This document shows, piece after piece, positions 62,693 through 64,000 of a stretch of 64,000 nt of DNA (position 1 is the first letter of the stretch; each line of letters opens with the position of its first letter). This DNA is from Candidatus Jacksonbacteria bacterium RIFOXYB2_FULL_44_15. Lineage in GTDB: Bacteria; Patescibacteriota; Patescibacteriia; UBA9629. Made by a program: the position numbers and the translations under genes. The notes beneath the pieces were generated by a model. The model searched no databases and was not told where the DNA came from. It saw nothing but the letters and a program-made list of their open reading frames with translations. The DNA is taken from positions 17,609 to 81,608 of the forward strand of contig MHJY01000010.1 of the NCBI GenBank assembly GCA_001818235.1. The letters are read 5' to 3'.

Positions 62693-62965
62693 ATGCTTGT
62701 AAACGCAACGTACTTAACTTTGAGCTTTGTTTTAGTGGCACTTGACATACTGTTGCTTATCAAAATAACCAAACCGGCTATCCGCATCGGAACGATTATT
62801 GGAATCAGTGGAACTGGTATTTATTTACTTATTTATGGATTGCTCGGAATTGTTCAAGACCCGTCAATTAATTTTGCGAATTGGGGTATGTCCATACTAA
62901 AAATGACCCTAGCGATCCATATTGTTGCTACTTTGTTAGCGCTTATAACTTGGAGGGTAAAATAA
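62693..62965 (+). CDS. Small membrane protein (three transmembrane helices)
   Basis: Strong SD (caaggagg) 7 nt before the ATG at 62693. Three hydrophobic helices. The stop overlaps the next ATG (TAATG). Confidence 0.45.
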   Translation: MLVNATYLTLSFVLVALDILLLIKITKPAIRIGTIIGISGTGIYLLIYGLLGIVQDPSINFANWGMSILKMTLAIHIVATLLALITWRVK

Positions 62966-64000
62966 TGAAAGTTGTATTAATGCAACCAAACGCAGACGAA
63001 ATTTACCAAAACAGACAATCGGCTTATTGTTCGCCCATAAGACCGCCGGAAACTGGTTTAGCAGTACTGGCGACTTGGCTGCACGCTTATTCTAAAATGC
63101 AACCAGAAGTAGCGGTTCTAAATCCATATGCTGAATTCGAAGAAAATGTGCGACGAGCGGCTGATGCAGATTGGTTCGGGATGACTGATTTGTATACTAA
63201 CCATAATAATTGTCTGCACATTGCGGATGCAGTGAAACAAAAAAATCCGCAAGTCAAAATAATCCTTGGCGGCCCTAATGCGGCAATGCTAGGGGATTTG
63301 GTACTCCGAAATCGCCCGGTAATCGACTACGTTGTTGGTAGTTCAAGATGTTGGGATGGTGAAGATGCCTTAACTGGGTTAATTAACGAAACACCCGAGG
63401 CTAAAATTCCTAATCTCTGGTACAAAAAAGCAGGTAAGGCAATTTTCACTTACCCTGCCTGGACTGACCTCAAGTCAATGCCCTTATGGGACTTTGCCGA
63501 TTTTCTTGATCTTGATGTTCGACTAGCAGAACACATCAATAATCAGGCTGGCGATCCTTGGCAGGTATCACCATTGGCCTTGTTCAACTTACGAGGATGT
63601 ATCAAAGCCATCAAAGAAGGACCATGTACGTATTGCACATCTGCTGACTGCGGCGGAAAGGGGAGATTACTGTTACCAGATCAATTTTGGCAACAAGTAA
63701 CACATCTTAATCAATTATATGGGGCTAAAGTATTTTATGTAGCTGATGATATCTTTACTGTATCGCTCGCTACTATGGAACGTTTAGCACGAGCCAAACC
63801 TAGCAAAGATGATGTGAAGTTAAGAGCCTACGGCTTTTTACCTGATTTAATCAAGCTAGAGAATAAAAAATTAAAAAGAATGGCTACAGCATTAAAAAAA
63901 ATTGGTGTCTTTAACCTTTTCTATGGTTCAGAACATTATGCGCCGGCTATTGTCCGTCTGGCCAACAAGCAACCGGTAAGCATTCAGGAGACAGTACGGA
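62965..64000 (+). CDS. B12-binding-domain protein with downstream radical-SAM-like Cys cluster (partial, runs off the window)
   Basis: The N-terminal roughly 130 aa resembles a cobalamin-binding Rossmann-like domain (VKIILGGPNA...). Later LRGCIKAIKEGPCTYCTSA gives a Cx8Cx2C cluster rather than canonical CxxxCxxC. The reading frame is open to the end of the window. Confidence 0.5.
   Translation, partial: MKVVLMQPNADEIYQNRQSAYCSPIRPPETGLAVLATWLHAYSKMQPEVAVLNPYAEFEENVRRAADADWFGMTDLYTNHNNCLHIADAVKQKNPQVKIILGGPNAAMLGDLVLRNRPVIDYVVGSSRCWDGEDALTGLINETPEAKIPNLWYKKAGKAIFTYPAWTDLKSMPLWDFADFLDLDVRLAEHINNQAGDPWQVSPLALFNLRGCIKAIKEGPCTYCTSADCGGKGRLLLPDQFWQQVTHLNQLYGAKVFYVADDIFTVSLATMERLARAKPSKDDVKLRAYGFLPDLIKLENKKLKRMATALKKIGVFNLFYGSEHYAPAIVRLANKQPVSIQETVR

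Noticed and set aside
1-64000. Looked for CRISPR arrays, rRNA genes, integrases or transposases, and tmRNA / RNase P / SRP RNA signatures
   Set aside because: No regularly spaced direct repeats with unique spacers, no rRNA-like conserved blocks, and no recombinase motifs (no tyrosine-recombinase R..H..R..Y or DDE). The two non-coding candidates do not show tmRNA tag-ORF/CCA ends, RNase P P4 strands or SRP domain IV, so they are left unclassified.

Overview
This 64-kb window looks like a compact, moderately AT-rich bacterial chromosome segment with standard genetic code. Gene content and organisation suggest a Patescibacteria/CPR-like organism: many small genes, overlapping ATGA start/stop junctions, a reduced metabolism, FISUMP, VanW/VanZ, type IV pilus parts, and a peptidoglycan set (Ddl, Alr, a Mur ligase). 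I can support about 70 protein genes and two tRNAs (Gln-CTG and Val-CAC). There are two type II toxin-antitoxin pairs (HicB/HicA and Phd/RelE-like) and a MacAB-like exporter placed divergently to a DUF192-C39 peptidase fusion. Housekeeping blocks include rpmF-nusB-rnc, HU-YmdB-RNase Y, and rpsF-ssb-rpsR-efp. There is a cell-envelope glycan operon headed by a TrmB-family regulator, and the last 11 kb form a striking TrmB-rich cluster (four TrmB paralogs in the window) with three radical-SAM enzymes and a PLP decarboxylase. Five signals are not explained by the gene annotation. (1) An oriented 25-45 nt motif (GATYCC...GGRATGAC) recurs at least ten times, always just 5' of a gene, a tRNA, or a candidate ncRNA. 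(2) A 117-bp element bounded by inverted repeats sits in-frame inside the Mur ligase gene, and a relative lies at 39.75 kb. (3) A 1.4-kb gene-free region carries two perfect tandem DnaA boxes, iteron-like CTGTAGAC repeats and a promoter/terminator-bounded candidate ~430-nt RNA on the minus strand. (4) A 23-nt exact palindromic repeat flanks tRNA-Val. (5) A small island between tRNA-Gln and tRNA-Val carries a PrimPol-SF2 helicase fusion and a Fic protein. Nothing was searched against databases; every family assignment rests on motifs I recognise by eye.
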